From contig OZ218950.1 of the NCBI GenBank assembly GCA_965112735.1, positions 1,488,001 through 1,552,000 on the forward strand: a stretch of DNA of 64,000 nt, given 5' to 3'. Positions 40,001 through 52,400 of the stretch are shown here, piece after piece (positions within the stretch are counted from its first letter, which is position 1; the number at the start of each line of letters is the position of its first letter). A program made the position numbers and the translations under genes. Origin of the DNA: Phaeosaccion multiseriatum (Eukaryota; Protista; Ochrophyta, other classes). The notes below the pieces were generated by a model. The model was not told the DNA's origin and ran no database searches. It saw only the letters and a list, made by a program, of their open reading frames with translations.

Positions 40001-40551
40001 ATGGCTGGCCAAGCGGCTAAGAAGGCGCAGCAGCGGACTGAGAAGGCTGGCGAGATGTACTTCCCGCTCGTCATGGGGGTCAACGCGCTGTATATCCTCC
40101 TTCGAGGTGAGGAACCATCCCTCCTCTCCCCTCTCCATCCCCTCTCCTTACATTCCTGTCTGCATGCTCCCCTTGTTCTTCAGTCATCCTGCGCTTCTCC
40201 ACGTTCGGCTGGTGGAATGCAGCGGGCCTGGTGCTGACCTCCGCGCTGTACAAGGTGTGCTACGTGGGGTGCGTTCACCAAGCGGGCACCGCTCAGCTTA
40301 CCGGCGGTGCGGGCTACTACTTCGACGTCCTGTGCCTCCTGATTGCTTGCCAACTGGGCTGCTGCTACTCCGATAAGGCATGGTTCATTCTTCTCCTCAT
40401 TCCAGGGTACGCGGTGTTCGTCGGAGGGCAGGCATTGTTAGCGGCTCGAGCAGCGGCTCGAGGGGAAGCTCCACCAGAGAAGGACGAGAAAGAGTTGGAG
40501 AGAGAGAGGAAGAGGGAAGCCAAGAAGCAAAAGATCAAGTACAGGAGATGA
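40001..40551 (+). CDS. TMEM208: TMEM208/SND2 ER-targeting membrane protein, 2 exons
   Basis: MAGQAAKK start, YYFDVLCL, SDKAWFILLLIPGYA and basic tail KKQKIKYRR. Intron at 40107-40183. Confidence 0.85.
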
Positions 40552-40797
40552 CGGACAGACAGCAACGGCAGCAACGGAAGTAGCAGCAGCAGCAGCACCA
40601 GCACCACACCAGCGCTCTGAGCATCATGTGCATTTTTTGTGTGTTTGTCTTCGTGTCGGCGGACCTCCACCAATCTCTCTGGTCCGTGGAATCATGTGCT
40701 TAGAGAGGCGAAGCCAAGAAGTTACGCATTGGTTTAAGTGAGAACAGGAGGAGTTGCGGCGGCGGCGGTGGTGGCGACGGCGAAGGGGGGCGGTGGG

Positions 40798-42150
40798 TCA
40801 TGAAGACTTGCTTTTGTGCATTTGCCTGCCTTTTTTGAAATAGGAGGGCGACAGAGCTATCGATTGCAGGAGCGAAACACTCCGCCAAGCAGCAGGAGCA
40901 GCAAGCATCAGCAGCAGGTTGGTATTCGCTCGCAAGCTTGAAGTACCCATGGGGGACACAGAAGAAGACTGCTTCCGTTTCTACCGTGGCAACTTAAGCT
41001 TGCGAGCGAATCCCAACTGAAGACTCAGATGCTCGCGCATCGCAACGGAAATAGAGATGGGTGTCGTGTCATCCCATCCTCCGACCCACAGCCCTACTTG
41101 AGCGTGTGGCCGTTCCCAGAACTTCTCTTGTGTACACCTCATTGCCGCCTCTCCCGCGTAGGTCAGAAGCGGCGACGAGTGGACTTTGAGGTCCTCTGGG
41201 AGAGCCCACATACTCAACGACGGTTGGTCGGGACGAAGGCCAGTAAGGCGAAGGCCGGCTGTGTCGTTGTTGTGAGGTGGTGTGATGCGAACGGGGCTCT
41301 TTGTAACTTGATGGAAAGGAAGGTGCTGCCTTCTCGCCTTCGGTGATGTGGATGAAGGCGCGAAGGAGATGGCGCGGCAATGGGGGAGAGGGAATCCTGC
41401 GGGCAGTGTAGGTGTATGGGTCAGAACTTCGACGTTGGGAATCAAGGAGGTCTATTTTGGGTCCTACTCGGGCACATGGAAGGGAATAGTTGTTTTCAAG
41501 GGAATCGTGTGAGGCACTGGCAACGTCTACACTACACCTGACACCATCTGAAAGTACACTCTCCACTCTTCAAGGTGATGGATGCTCGTTGTTGACATTG
41601 CTCATTCCTTACACGATTCCCCTGAGCACGACGACCTATCGTTTCCCCCACTATGACCCAAAGTAGACCTCCTTCGCTTCCCAAGGTCGAAGTGCTGACC
41701 CATAGCAGCTGGCCGGAAGTCAGGGAGGGAGGGAACTGCACCGTGGGTAGGCAGCTAATCCGGCAGCTAACCGAGGAGGTGAGCGACAGTTCAGGGGATA
41801 AACCAGCATGGTAGAAATGATCTGACCCCAATCCAACATGACTGCATCCCTCCTCGTTCGAGTGTGTAGAATTGTCGGGAAGATTAGAGTCAGCGGTAGG
41901 CTGTATAGGCAGCTACTACACTGCCCCTCCTTGTCACTGACTGAAAACCCTCGCGACCCATACATCTGCAGAAGCGTTGAGTCCGGTGACGCTCCTCCCT
42001 AGTTCGTCAAACTAGCGGTTGGCCCTCGGGGTTGGCTGGCTAGCCATGATGCATAAATCGATTAGCGGGCCGCCCCTTTCGGGGCGAATCGGGGTCTAAT
42101 GAAACTGAAATTGAAGCTGCAGAAGCGTGTGGGACGACGATCGCTCCCTG
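40798..42150. ncRNA. Candidate large structured non-coding RNA (multiple long hairpins and long-range helices), family unknown
   Basis: Inverted repeats 40918-40944/40992-41017, 41415-41463/41655-41704, 41489-41530/41591-41632, 41401-41411/41916-41926 and 40856-40865/42056-42066. No credible ORF or splice structure. Confidence 0.55.
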
Positions 42151-42399
42151 AATAAAAAGGTAGTTTAAACAATGATAACGTGGAGGGAGGCGGAGTCACA
42201 TCTTAGTTGAGTCTCTCAAGGAGTAATCAATACAGGAGGGCGGGAGGGAGGGAGGGGAAAAGGAAAAGGAGCAAGGGGAGATGTTGCCATTTGGAGCTGA
42301 AATCACCAACATGCGGATCCGCACCGATCCGCGGTGGTTCGGTTCGACATACCCCACACGCAAACGTGAAAGAGGGAGAGCACAAGCCCCCCCTCGTGG

Positions 42400-43220
42400 A
42401 TGATCATCCACACTGCTCGCCTGATTTCGTGTTGCAGCCGTAGCCGCTGGTCTAGCGGGACAGGGTGGCTGAAACCTTCTTCTGGCCACAGAACACACAC
42501 GCCTCTCTCTTCAGGGCCCACCTTCCGCACGGCAACAGCAAGGGCAGCAGCTACAGTGGCAACAGAAGGACGTGTGCTTGGGAAGGCACACACAGAAGGC
42601 AGACGAGGTCCCAGCGCCCAGACCACACGCAGCAGTAGCAGCAGGAGGAGGAGTAGCTCCACGATGATTGATGTTGATAGCCTGCCCCCCCCCCCCCCCG
42701 GCCACAAGCTCATCAAGGAGGGCCAGGCTGCGGTACCTTTCAGCGAAGGAAACGAGGTCTTCTACAACCCAGTCCAGGTATCGTCAAGAAAGGAAAGACA
42801 ACACCCCCCCTCTTGCCTTGACATCGTTTGTGTCTTGGACAACGCCGCGAAGTGAATGAATGTCCCATATCGTGTTGATCAACTGGGCTGTGAACGTTTA
42901 CCACTCCCCCCCTTCCCAGCCTCCTCCTCCTCCTCCTCCTGCAACTGATGATGATCCTGACCATGATCACGATGATAACGCAACGTATCTTCCCCCCGTG
43001 GTGTGACTGAATAGGAGTTCAACAGAGACTTGTCCATTCAAATGATCAAGCTCTTCGTCGAGAAACGCAAGCAGGAGCAGGCAGAGGCGGTGGCCAAGAA
43101 GGCCAAGAAGAAGGCCGGCGAAAAGTGGACAGAGGTAAGTGGGCAAAGGTGTGGGTGATGTATTCAGTCAGCGAATGCCCAAGGAGTGCGTCCACTGCTT
43201 AGTTGGTAGCGTTAGATGAG

Positions 43221-43253
<33 letters not shown>

Positions 43254-43317
43254 ACTGGGAGGTTATGTCGTTATCCGTCAGCGACTACCCACCTCAACAC
43301 TTACACGCCCACAAACA

Positions 43318-43382
<65 letters not shown>

Positions 43383-46150
43383 CCTGTCTCCTCCTCCAGG
43401 CTGACCAGAGCACCCTCGATGCCCAGGATTGGGCGGCGAAGGCGGAGGAGACAGCAAGCACCGACGGGGTGGTGATTCTCGACGCGCTGGCGGCCACGGC
43501 ACTGCGCTCCATCCGCTACTGCAAGGAGATACCCGGCGTTAAGAAGGTATATGGGTGGTAGGGCGGGCGGGAAGGGGAGGGAGGGGAGGCATGCAGGCAG
43601 GCAGGCACACAGACACACACACCCATCTCGTGCTTCCCCCCTCCTTTCTTTCTCTGTCTCTATCCCCCTCTCCCTCTCCCTCTCTCCTCCCGCACTCCCC
43701 CCCCTCTCTCTCTCTCCCTCCCTCCGTCCCTCTCCCTCTCTCCCTACACCCCTAAGGTGGTCGTGAATGACCTTGAGGAGGCAGCTGTGGAGGCTGCGAA
43801 ACGCAACATTGAATACAACCAAGTGGACCCTGCCAAGGTGTCTGTGCAACAGGGAGACGCCTCTCTCGTCATGTACACAGCCCAGTCCAAGAAGGAGCAG
43901 TTCGACGTTATCGACTTGGATCCGTATGGCAGCGCGGTACCCTTCATAGACGCAGCAGTGCAGGTGCGTCGTGCGTGTGGCTTGGAAGGCGCAGGAGCAG
44001 AAATTGGACCGAGCAATTGGTACCCTCCCCTCCTCTCCCCTCCCCTCCCCTCCCCTACTCTCCACGTTTCCTTTGGACATACGAAACAAACACATCATCC
44101 AAAACATGCCTCAACACAAATCAAACACCAACCCAATCAACAGGCGGTGTCCGACGGCGGTCTGCTATGCGTTACATGCACAGACATGATCGTGCTGTCA
44201 GGCACTCAGCCCGACGTGTGCTTCGCCAAGTACGGCTGCCTGCCCAACAAGGTATTGCGTATATATTTCACTCCTCCTCCTCCTCCTCCTCCTCCTCCTC
44301 CTTCTTCTTCTTCTTCTTCTTCTTCTTCTTCTTCTTCTTCTTCTTCTTCTTCTTCTTCTTCTTCTTCTTCTTCTTCTTCTCCTCCTCCTCCTCCTTTCCT
44401 CCTCCTCCTTCTCTTGCTGTTACTTTGTACTTACTTGGAGGTTATGCTTTTGTTATGTGTGACGGCCACACTGTCCATTCTTTAGGCGCGCTATCTACAC
44501 GAAATGGCGCTACGCATCGTGCTCAACACGCTGGACAGGAGCGCCTGCCGTTACAAAAAGAAAGTGGTGCCTGTGCTGAGCGGCAGCATCGACTTCTACC
44601 TGCGCATCTTTGTCCGTGTCTTTCATGACCCCAAAGCGGTGCAGGAGTCGGGTTTTCGAACCGCCATGGTCTACCAGGTAAAAGTTTTTTTTAGTCTGTC
44701 TACATTTGTTCTCTCTCCTCTCCTCTCCACCTGGCCATAACCTTCTCTTTTCCGTCTTCCCCCACAACCAACAAAGCGACCCTCTCCGCCGCCGCGGATG
44801 GAATGCCTGACACTCAATTCTCTCTCTCCTGACACCCACCGCACTGCTGTCCTACCCCTTCACCCCACTCCCAGAGTACTGCCTGCTCATCCTTCTTTGT
44901 CCGCAACATCTCCGCTCGGAAACCCAACGGCTCGGGGGTTGTGGGCGCCAACACACATGGACTGGGGGAGTGTCCTCAGACGGGCTCTCGACTCAAAATA
45001 TCGGGCCCGATATGGAGCGACCCTATCCATGACGTGAGCTGGCTCAAGAAGCTCATAGGGAGGATGGAGGAGGTGGACACGCAGCCCTTCAAGCCAAAGA
45101 CGCATCAACGGATACATGGGATGGTAACGGCGATGAGGTGAGGGAGGAGAGGGGAGGAAGGGAAGGGAGGAGAGGGAGAGAGAAGAGAGAGAGTGAGTGA
45201 GTGAGTGAGTCCCCCCACCTCCCCCACCTCTCATACACTCACCCCCCCCCCTGACCCCCCTCGCCATCCACGCCAGCGAGGAGCTCCCCGACGTGCCTCT
45301 TCACTACAACCTTCCGTCCATCTGCAATGAGCTCCACTGCACCATGCCTAAGGCTTCGGAGTTTCATCAAGCCCTCATGAATGCAGGTTTCCGAGTCAGC
45401 ATCTGTCACAAGGACCCCAAAGGCTTCAAGACGGACGCCCCGGACAGTGTGGTGTGGGATGTGATGCGGTGTTGGGTGAAGTTACATCCCGTGGCACAGA
45501 GTCGCAAGGCCAAGGCGGATTCAGTTACCTCCATCATCCTCTCCAAGGTTGGTTGGTTGGTTGGGTGGTTTGGTTGGTTGGTTGGGTGGTTTGGTGGGTG
45601 AGTGGGTCGTTGGCTTGGTAGGCCGTGTCTCTTGCATGCACCGCACCCTACTCATCCGCATTGCGTTGCCTACCGATGTATCTATCTATCAATCTGTCTT
45701 ATGTATCTATCGCGGTGCTATCTTTCCTCCACCTGGGCTCTTGTTTCGTTGATTGGTTTGGTTTCGCAGGAGCCGGCTATCAGCGCAAACTTCACAGGTG
45801 GCAAGAAGGTGTACAAAGCGGAAGCCAAGCGATTCCTGCCCAATCCCGAGGCCAACTGGGGGCCCAAAGCAAGGGCCACAGGCAAGAAGAGAGGCCACGA
45901 CGGCAAACCAAACGAAGGAGGAGAGGGAGGAGGAGGAGGAGGAGGAGGAGGAGGAGGAGGCGTCACTGAGGGGGGAGCGGTGCAGCAGAAGGAGGGGGGG
46001 ACATCAGTGGCCACAGGAGCGGGAGAAGGCGGAGCCGACGCCGTGGGTCAGACAGCGACAAAGACGAAGAGAGAGGAGGGGCAGGAGCAGGAGGGAGAGG
46101 TTGAAGAGAAGAGGGCAAAGCGAGAGGAGGAGGGGGGGGGGGGGAAATAG
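42400..46150 (+). CDS. TRM1: tRNA (guanine26-N2)-dimethyltransferase Trm1, multi-exon
   Basis: EVFYNPVQEFNRDLSI, ILDALAATALRSIRY, FDVIDLDPYGSA, GGLLCVTCTDM, LHEMALRIVL, IDFYLRIFVRV, GPIWSDPIHD, KTDAPDSVVWDVMRCW, RFLPNPEANWGPKARA. Confidence 0.96.
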
Positions 46151-46468
46151 TTACATAATTGAAAGAGAGAATAATTTTTTGAGATAACTTTGGTTTCGAG
46201 TGGGGGTGCGGTCTCCGTTCCCTGAGAGTAAGAGGCCAGAAGGCGTTTCAGACCTCAGACATACGGTGAATGGACAAAGGCGTGGCATTGCACTCCTACA
46301 ACAAGAAAATGAGATGAGATATATTGAAGGACGTCGTAACATGGAAAGGACATCAAAGAAGGGGAGTGAAAAGGAGGCAGACAGGTAGACAGGTAGACAG
46401 GCAAACAAGCAGATATGTGTGTATATATGTAATAGGCAGGCTCGTTTCGGTGCCGTCGTTGTGCCCTC

Positions 46469-47795
46469 TCAGGTAATGTACTTGTTCAGGAAACGCTGTG
46501 GAGCAGCAAGGGACAGGGCGGGAGTCAAAGGCAGGAGGAGATAGGGGCGGGGTGTAGGGGGGGAGGGGAGGGGCGGGGAGAGGTGTACGTTCAGTACCGA
46601 TCAAGCGGGGCAAGGAGGGGACGGGGAGAGCGAGGGACGAGGAGGCAGGAGAGAAGGTGGAGAGCAAAGGAGGAGAGATTGGAGTCGACAAGGCAAGCCA
46701 CACCCTTTTCTCTCTCTCAAGAGATTGAGGGTTATCCGAGTATGGCACAATCGCACTGGGAAGAACGGGAGGCCCAGCTGCTACCCTTCATTCTCCATCA
46801 TTCCGTTGCGAAGGATGGGAGGATGCCAAAGAAAGAGGGGGGCATCAACCAGCTAAGCTCAGCTTTCTGCAACCCACGTCATTCGTGCACAACCCACCCA
46901 CCCCCCCACCCCCGCAAACGCACACTCACACACACCCACACCTACCTTGTGGAAGTCGTTTCGAATGGCGTCGTTGATGAAACGCTTCTTCTGCTGTGGT
47001 TCCCCCCTGGCCTGTCCCTTAAACACCACATCGTCATTCCACTTCCTCTTAACCTTACTATCCCCCCCCGCCCCAGCTGCTGCGGCGGCCCCTCCAATGC
47101 CGCCCCCCTCGGCTAGGAGTAAGGCATTGCCCTGAAGCGCTGAAGCTGTGGCCGCGAGCTTGGCATCCGCCGCTGCCTCGGCCTTCTTGGCCACAGCCAA
47201 CGCTTCCCTCTCCTTCTTGATCTTCTCCAGCTCTAGCTGCAGCGCCTCTTCGTCGTCTCCACTATCGTCGTCATCGCTGTCAGAGTCGCTGTCTAAGTCC
47301 GACTCCGAGTCGTCATCATCCGCGTCGTCGTACTTTTTCAGCGTCGCCCCATCCAAGTCGTCTGCGCTCTTTAGCAGCAGCGACGGCCCTCCTCTTCCTC
47401 CTATATCGTCTGCACCCGCTCCTGGTATCTTTCCCCCCCGCGGCCCTCGCTTCTCCTGATCTACTCTTTCCTCTAGAGCCTCCTTAAACTGCTCCTTGGA
47501 GTCAAGCTCTGTGATCTGCCCCACCTGTCTAAGCTTGAGCTTCTTGTGCTGGGGCATGTCCCGCACCGCCATCATCCCCGAGGCAATGCCCCCTCCCTGA
47601 GCGCCATAGCCCTGGTCCTGGCTGGAGCCACCGACGGCGGCATGCCAGGTGGGGCGATGGGCTGAGAGGGAGAAGCAATATAGAGGAGGGGGGGGGAGCA
47701 GCGGAGGGAGGGAGGTGGGTGAGGGAAGAGGGAGGTGGAGAAAGCAGAGCGAGCAGCTGTGGGGCAGTCGCCATTGGCAGCTTACCTGTGGTCAT
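46469..47795 (-). CDS. CWC15: Spliceosome factor Cwc15/Cwf15, 3 exons
   Basis: A 10-nt first coding exon gives MTTAHRPTW. Further motifs: [54 protein letters not shown]. Confidence 0.95.
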
Positions 47796-48009
47796 ATTGC
47801 GTCCTCCTGGTGATGCGCTTCTATCTTCTCTCTTCTGTACGGGCGGGCCTAAGTGAGTAAGCGCCTATAAGGGGGAGAAGGAAAGTTTGACTTTCAGGTC
47901 ATTCGGCCCTGGGATCGCCGCCGAGCGCCCAACAAAAAAGAGCAAAAGCAAGCATTAAGACAAAGGATCAACAGAGAAGAGTAGGTATTTAGCAAGCAGT
48001 CGAGTCAGT

Positions 48010-48816
48010 ATGGGAGGCGGCCCGTCACAGGAGGAGCAGGTGCATGAGGAAGAGGAGATCGTCCAGGTGGACCTGGGCGACATTACCAAGGTCAAGCAAG
48101 TAGTGGATGAGGCGGTCATTCGGGCGCTGCTGGATAGGGAGTTTGACGAAAATCATAAGTGGAGCAATATCAAGCTCCTGCTGATGACGCTAGCCTGCAT
48201 CTTTGCGTGTATAGCTCAGGTATGGAGAGAAAGGAGAGGCGAAGAAGGGGGGGAAGGCAAGGCTGGTGCGGTTTTGAGATGGAAGGGCAACGGCTGGGGT
48301 GCTGTCCTGCTGGCTATACATGTACCTAGAGCTTTGTACACGTCTGTTTCTGCCCATTCACCCTCTATTCTCAACCCCCTGGGCCGCGTCAGATCGCATC
48401 CGTTCGTCCCATCCCACCCTCCTCACTTCTACTGTTGCTGCTGCCAATGGCCCCCCCTTCCCTCCTTCCTCTCGTCAGTTCTGCCCCATACCCTTTCCAG
48501 AGTCAAGAGCCATCCTTGCTGTGTGCTGTGCCAGCTACTTCGGCTGCTCCATGCTGCTGCAGCTGTTGGTATCCTTCTATGAAGTAGACATAATCATGAC
48601 CACACTCCCCAAGGACGGAACACCATCCATGGTCGTACGGACAGACTTCCCCCGCTACCAAGAAAACTTCATTGTCAAGATTGAGAGTCAGGGTACAGGT
48701 TCGGAGGACGGGCCGAAGGTGAGAGGCTTACGTGCCGTTGGGGATCAGCGCACCGGACACCGGACAGGGCGAGTCTATGGAGGGTCTTTGCTTCCCTCTG
48801 GGGCCCTTCTCTCTCA

Positions 48817-48851
<35 letters not shown>

Positions 48852-49174
48852 TATGTGCGTGTCCTTCCCTCGTGTTGGTTCGTGTTCTCGCGATGCTCTG
48901 GCCAGACTGCGCGATGACAGTACCCTCCCCTCACAGCTGCGCCGGCCCCTTCCCACCTTCCCTCTCTCTCTCTCCCCCTCCCTCCTCCCTCCCTCCCCCT
49001 CTGTCTACGTGCGTGCATGCGTGTGTGTGCAAGCAGGCGGAAGTGGAGTTCAGTGTGGCGGGCTACTTCGATGTCGACGGTCACTTTGACGAGGTGGGCG
49101 TGTGCGAGGTGATGGATCGCCTGATCGATAGCTTCCAGGAGCAGGCACAAAGCGGCTCAAAAAAGACCAAATAG
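48010..49174 (+). CDS. SPCS2: Signal peptidase complex subunit 2 (SPC25), 3 exons
   Basis: VKQVVDEAV, ENHKWSNIKLLL, two transmembrane segments around PFPESR, and SVAGYFDVDG. Confidence 0.88.
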
Positions 49175-49417
49175 GGTATGCAGAGAGTGATCTATAACAA
49201 CAATACATGGAATAATTACATACAAGCCTGCACAACCCCCCCCCCCCTGGGTCTCAGCGCACGGTTACAGGCCGTACCGATCGAGTGGAAGGGAGAGGGT
49301 GTGAGAGAGAAGAGAGAGCAGGGGGGGTGGAAAAGAGAGAGAGAGAAAGAATGATAGCCAAGAGAGAAGAACCAGAGAGAGGAAATGAAACAGACAAGCA
49401 AGAGAGCCCCTCTTCCC

Positions 49418-52400
49418 TCATGCTGCGGCTGCTCGGCTTGCTCTGGCGTGTGCTTCCCTCAGTGTAGCGGCGGCATCCCCTGCTCCTGCTGCTGCTCCTG
49501 CTCCTGTTGTTCCTCCTGCTCTTGCTACTCCTGCCCCTCCTCCTGCTGCTGCCGCCCCTGCCAGCAGGTGAGGCAGGAAGGTTGCCGCGTTGTGTAGTTG
49601 TGTCGTTCGTCTTCTCAGCGTCGTGCCCTCCTCGTTCATTCTCAGGCCTCTCGCTCTGCGCGACTTGGGTTCCTGGAGAGGGGACGGAGAAGACAGAGGA
49701 GGAGATCGCGCAGTAGGGGCCGTTGTGGCCGTCGACATTTCGGCTCCTCCTGCTGTTGATGCTTCTCCTGCTCTTGCCACCGCCACCGACCCCTCTTGTG
49801 TCACGGCTCCTGCAAGCGACGAAGGAGGCAAATCACCACCAGACTGCCCTCCTCCTCCCTCCTCCTCATCATGCTGGGGCGAGGAGGAGCTGTTGTTGCT
49901 CGCACTCTGAGCAACCTCCGCGGTAGTTGTACCACCATGGCCTCGTCTGACCGAGCTCTCAGAGTCCTCCTCCGATCGATCGGTCCACACCGCGGCAGTA
50001 GAGGGCATCTCCCTGGAGATGAGGTTCTCTCCTGCGTCACTGACGAACATGAGAGGGGCCCCGATAGTGACGCTTCGGCGAAGCTTGGTGACGGGGAAGA
50101 AGCTCTTCATGACCTTGTTGTAACCGTCGGAGCCTTGGGGCATGCCGTGGGCGACGAGCTCATTGTGCCTGGCTCGAAGGTCGCGCACCACCTTGGGCTC
50201 CACCACATGCCCTTGAAGCAGCTCCTGCAAGCCAAGGGGGAGGTCTTCGAGGCACTCCACCTATAGGTAACATTACATAACATCATGTAACATAGGAACA
50301 ACATTCAGCAGCAGTAGCACCAGCGGCAAACAGCAGTAGCAACAGCAGTAGTGCCAACAGAGGATTTCAGCAGCAGAAGCGCATTCGGACGGAATTGGAG
50401 CGAGAAACAGAGGGAAAGAGTCAGCGAAAGAGTTACACACTAGCAAGTCTCTGGTGTCAGGCCTCAAGAGAGCCCCATTTTGTCTCCGTCCCCTTGCTCA
50501 CCTCAATGCCTGTGCCTGCAATGCTCATATGTCGGAGGGTTTTAATCCGACCAACGTTCTTTGGGAGCTTGCCCGACAACTGATAAGAAGGGCGTTGACA
50601 CAAGTCTATGAGTGAGAGATGAATAGCCGAGGCGGAGAGGAGAGAATAGAAAAATTAAAAAAAAAAGACGCGAGAAAGAACAGCAAGGCACCAACCAGGG
50701 CAGCAAGACAGAAGCAAGCAGCACAGCAGAGGCACTTCACCCCCCACACCCTCCCCCCCCAAACTCGCCTTATTGCCCTATATACCTTAGTGTGTGCCAG
50801 CTCCAGGGACGCCAGCTTACCGAGGTTAGGCTTCTTATAGCGAATCTGCTTGCCCAAATATCCGTCTGCGACAATCACCTGCGCTCCGAAATTGGACGGG
50901 ACTTGGCCCGACAGACGGTTGTCCGACAGCCCGAGCGTGACGAGCTCACTTAGCTTCGCCAAGGTGGGCGGGATGGTTCCTTCAAAGTCATTCCCGCTTA
51001 GATTCAGGCGCTCGAGGGTAGAGAGGAGGCCCAGGAAGTCAGGCACAGGTCCGCTGAGTTTGTTGCTGCTGACATTGAGGTTGACAAGGTGATGGAGGTT
51101 GGCGAAGGAGTTGGGGACGTTTCCTTGCAGCTTGTTGTCGTGGAGGTTCAGCTGTTGAGCGAGGATGAGGAGGAGCGAAACGTGAGGGATAGGGGAGAGA
51201 GAGGGGGGGGGGGGGAGAGAGGTGGGTGGGAGGGAGAGAGAAGAGAGGGAGGGAGAGAGAAGAGAGGGAGAGAGAGAGAGACAGAGAGAAAAGGGGGGGG
51301 AAGAGAGGAGGTCCACGGAGGAACTCGTCGGTGTATAGAGCTCTTACAAAACATGTAACGTATTCCGGTTTTCCAAGCCTCAGGGCACATCACAAAACTC
51401 AAAACTCCCCTCTTACTCCCAAGCCGACCTGCTGCCACACCCACAGGAGTCATGTGATGATCAACCACGCTACGTAGATCGTCCACTATCGTACTACTTT
51501 TTTGTTCACTACTCTCACCTCAACAAGGTTCTCGCACAGGCCGAAATGCCAGGGAATCTCACCCTCGAGCTGATTGCCGTTTACGTGAAGCCGCTGTAGT
51601 TGTTTCATCCCGCCCAGTTGGTCAGGAAGCTCACCCTCCAGCTGATTGTTGTCCAAGTAAAGGAAGCGCAAACTCTTCATACTACCGAGCTCAGGAGGGA
51701 TGACCCCGATGAGATGATTCGACGAGAGGATGAGCCCCTCCAGGCCTGTCAGCATGGCAATGCTTGAGGGCAGCGTACCCGTAAGGCCGTTTGAAGCGAG
51801 GTCGAGAGCGCACACCCTGCCCCACTGCCCCACTGCGCCCTGCGTCTGCACCCCGGTCCATGAGCACACTCGGGGTGAATTATCACTCCAGCCCTACGAA
51901 CGTAGGAAGCAGAGAGAGGGGGGGGAGGGGGGGAGGGAGGGAGGGAGGGAGAGGAAGAGAGAGATATAGACGGAGAGAGAGGGAGAGACGTCAGTAGACC
52001 CCGCACTCTCACCTCACTGAAACATTACCCCCCTTTACAATGCCTCTCCTACCTCTCGACGCTTCCAGGTGGTCGGAGATATGATTTTGTCCCCCAACCA
52101 GACCACCTCCGACCCTCCGGTGCTGAGCCACAGATCCTGCAGATAGACACGATCTGTCAAGGAGAACAGCTTCTCTATTATATCTTCCACGTGAGCCTTG
52201 TTCGTGATGCCGATCTGTGCGAGAACGCCCCTCGCTCCCTTCTCCTCGTGCAGATGGTCCAGCAGGAACTCCCCCGTGATCCCCGAGAAGAGTGGCTCGT
52301 TGGTCTCAAAGTCTGTCCCAATCTGTAGTTTCGCCGACACAATTCGTTCCGTGTAGTTTGCGTAGCCCTCCCAAGAATGAGTCAGCAAGTCGACAATCTC

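Noticed and set aside
40966-41050. SRP helix-8-like (minus) and hammerhead CTGAAGA...GAAA (plus) motifs
   Set aside because: The required flanking base pairs and the UH cleavage site are absent.
41706-41895. Group I intron-like P/Q/R/S fragments (GCCGGA/TCCGGC helix, CAGTTCA, AAGATTAGAGTC)
   Set aside because: No proper P7 (GACUA/UAGUC) pairing or G-binding site, no interrupted host gene, and the same bases fit other helices. Probably overfitting; a cmsearch would settle it.
41937-41951. CTGAAAACCCT as a telomerase template
   Set aside because: It does not match TTAGGG or TTTAGGG repeats, and I see no pseudoknot. It cannot be judged without the organism's telomere sequence.
41895-41975. U2 snRNA-like AGTGTAGTA.CTG on the minus strand
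   Set aside because: It lacks the invariant GCTAAGATCA just upstream and a downstream Sm site.
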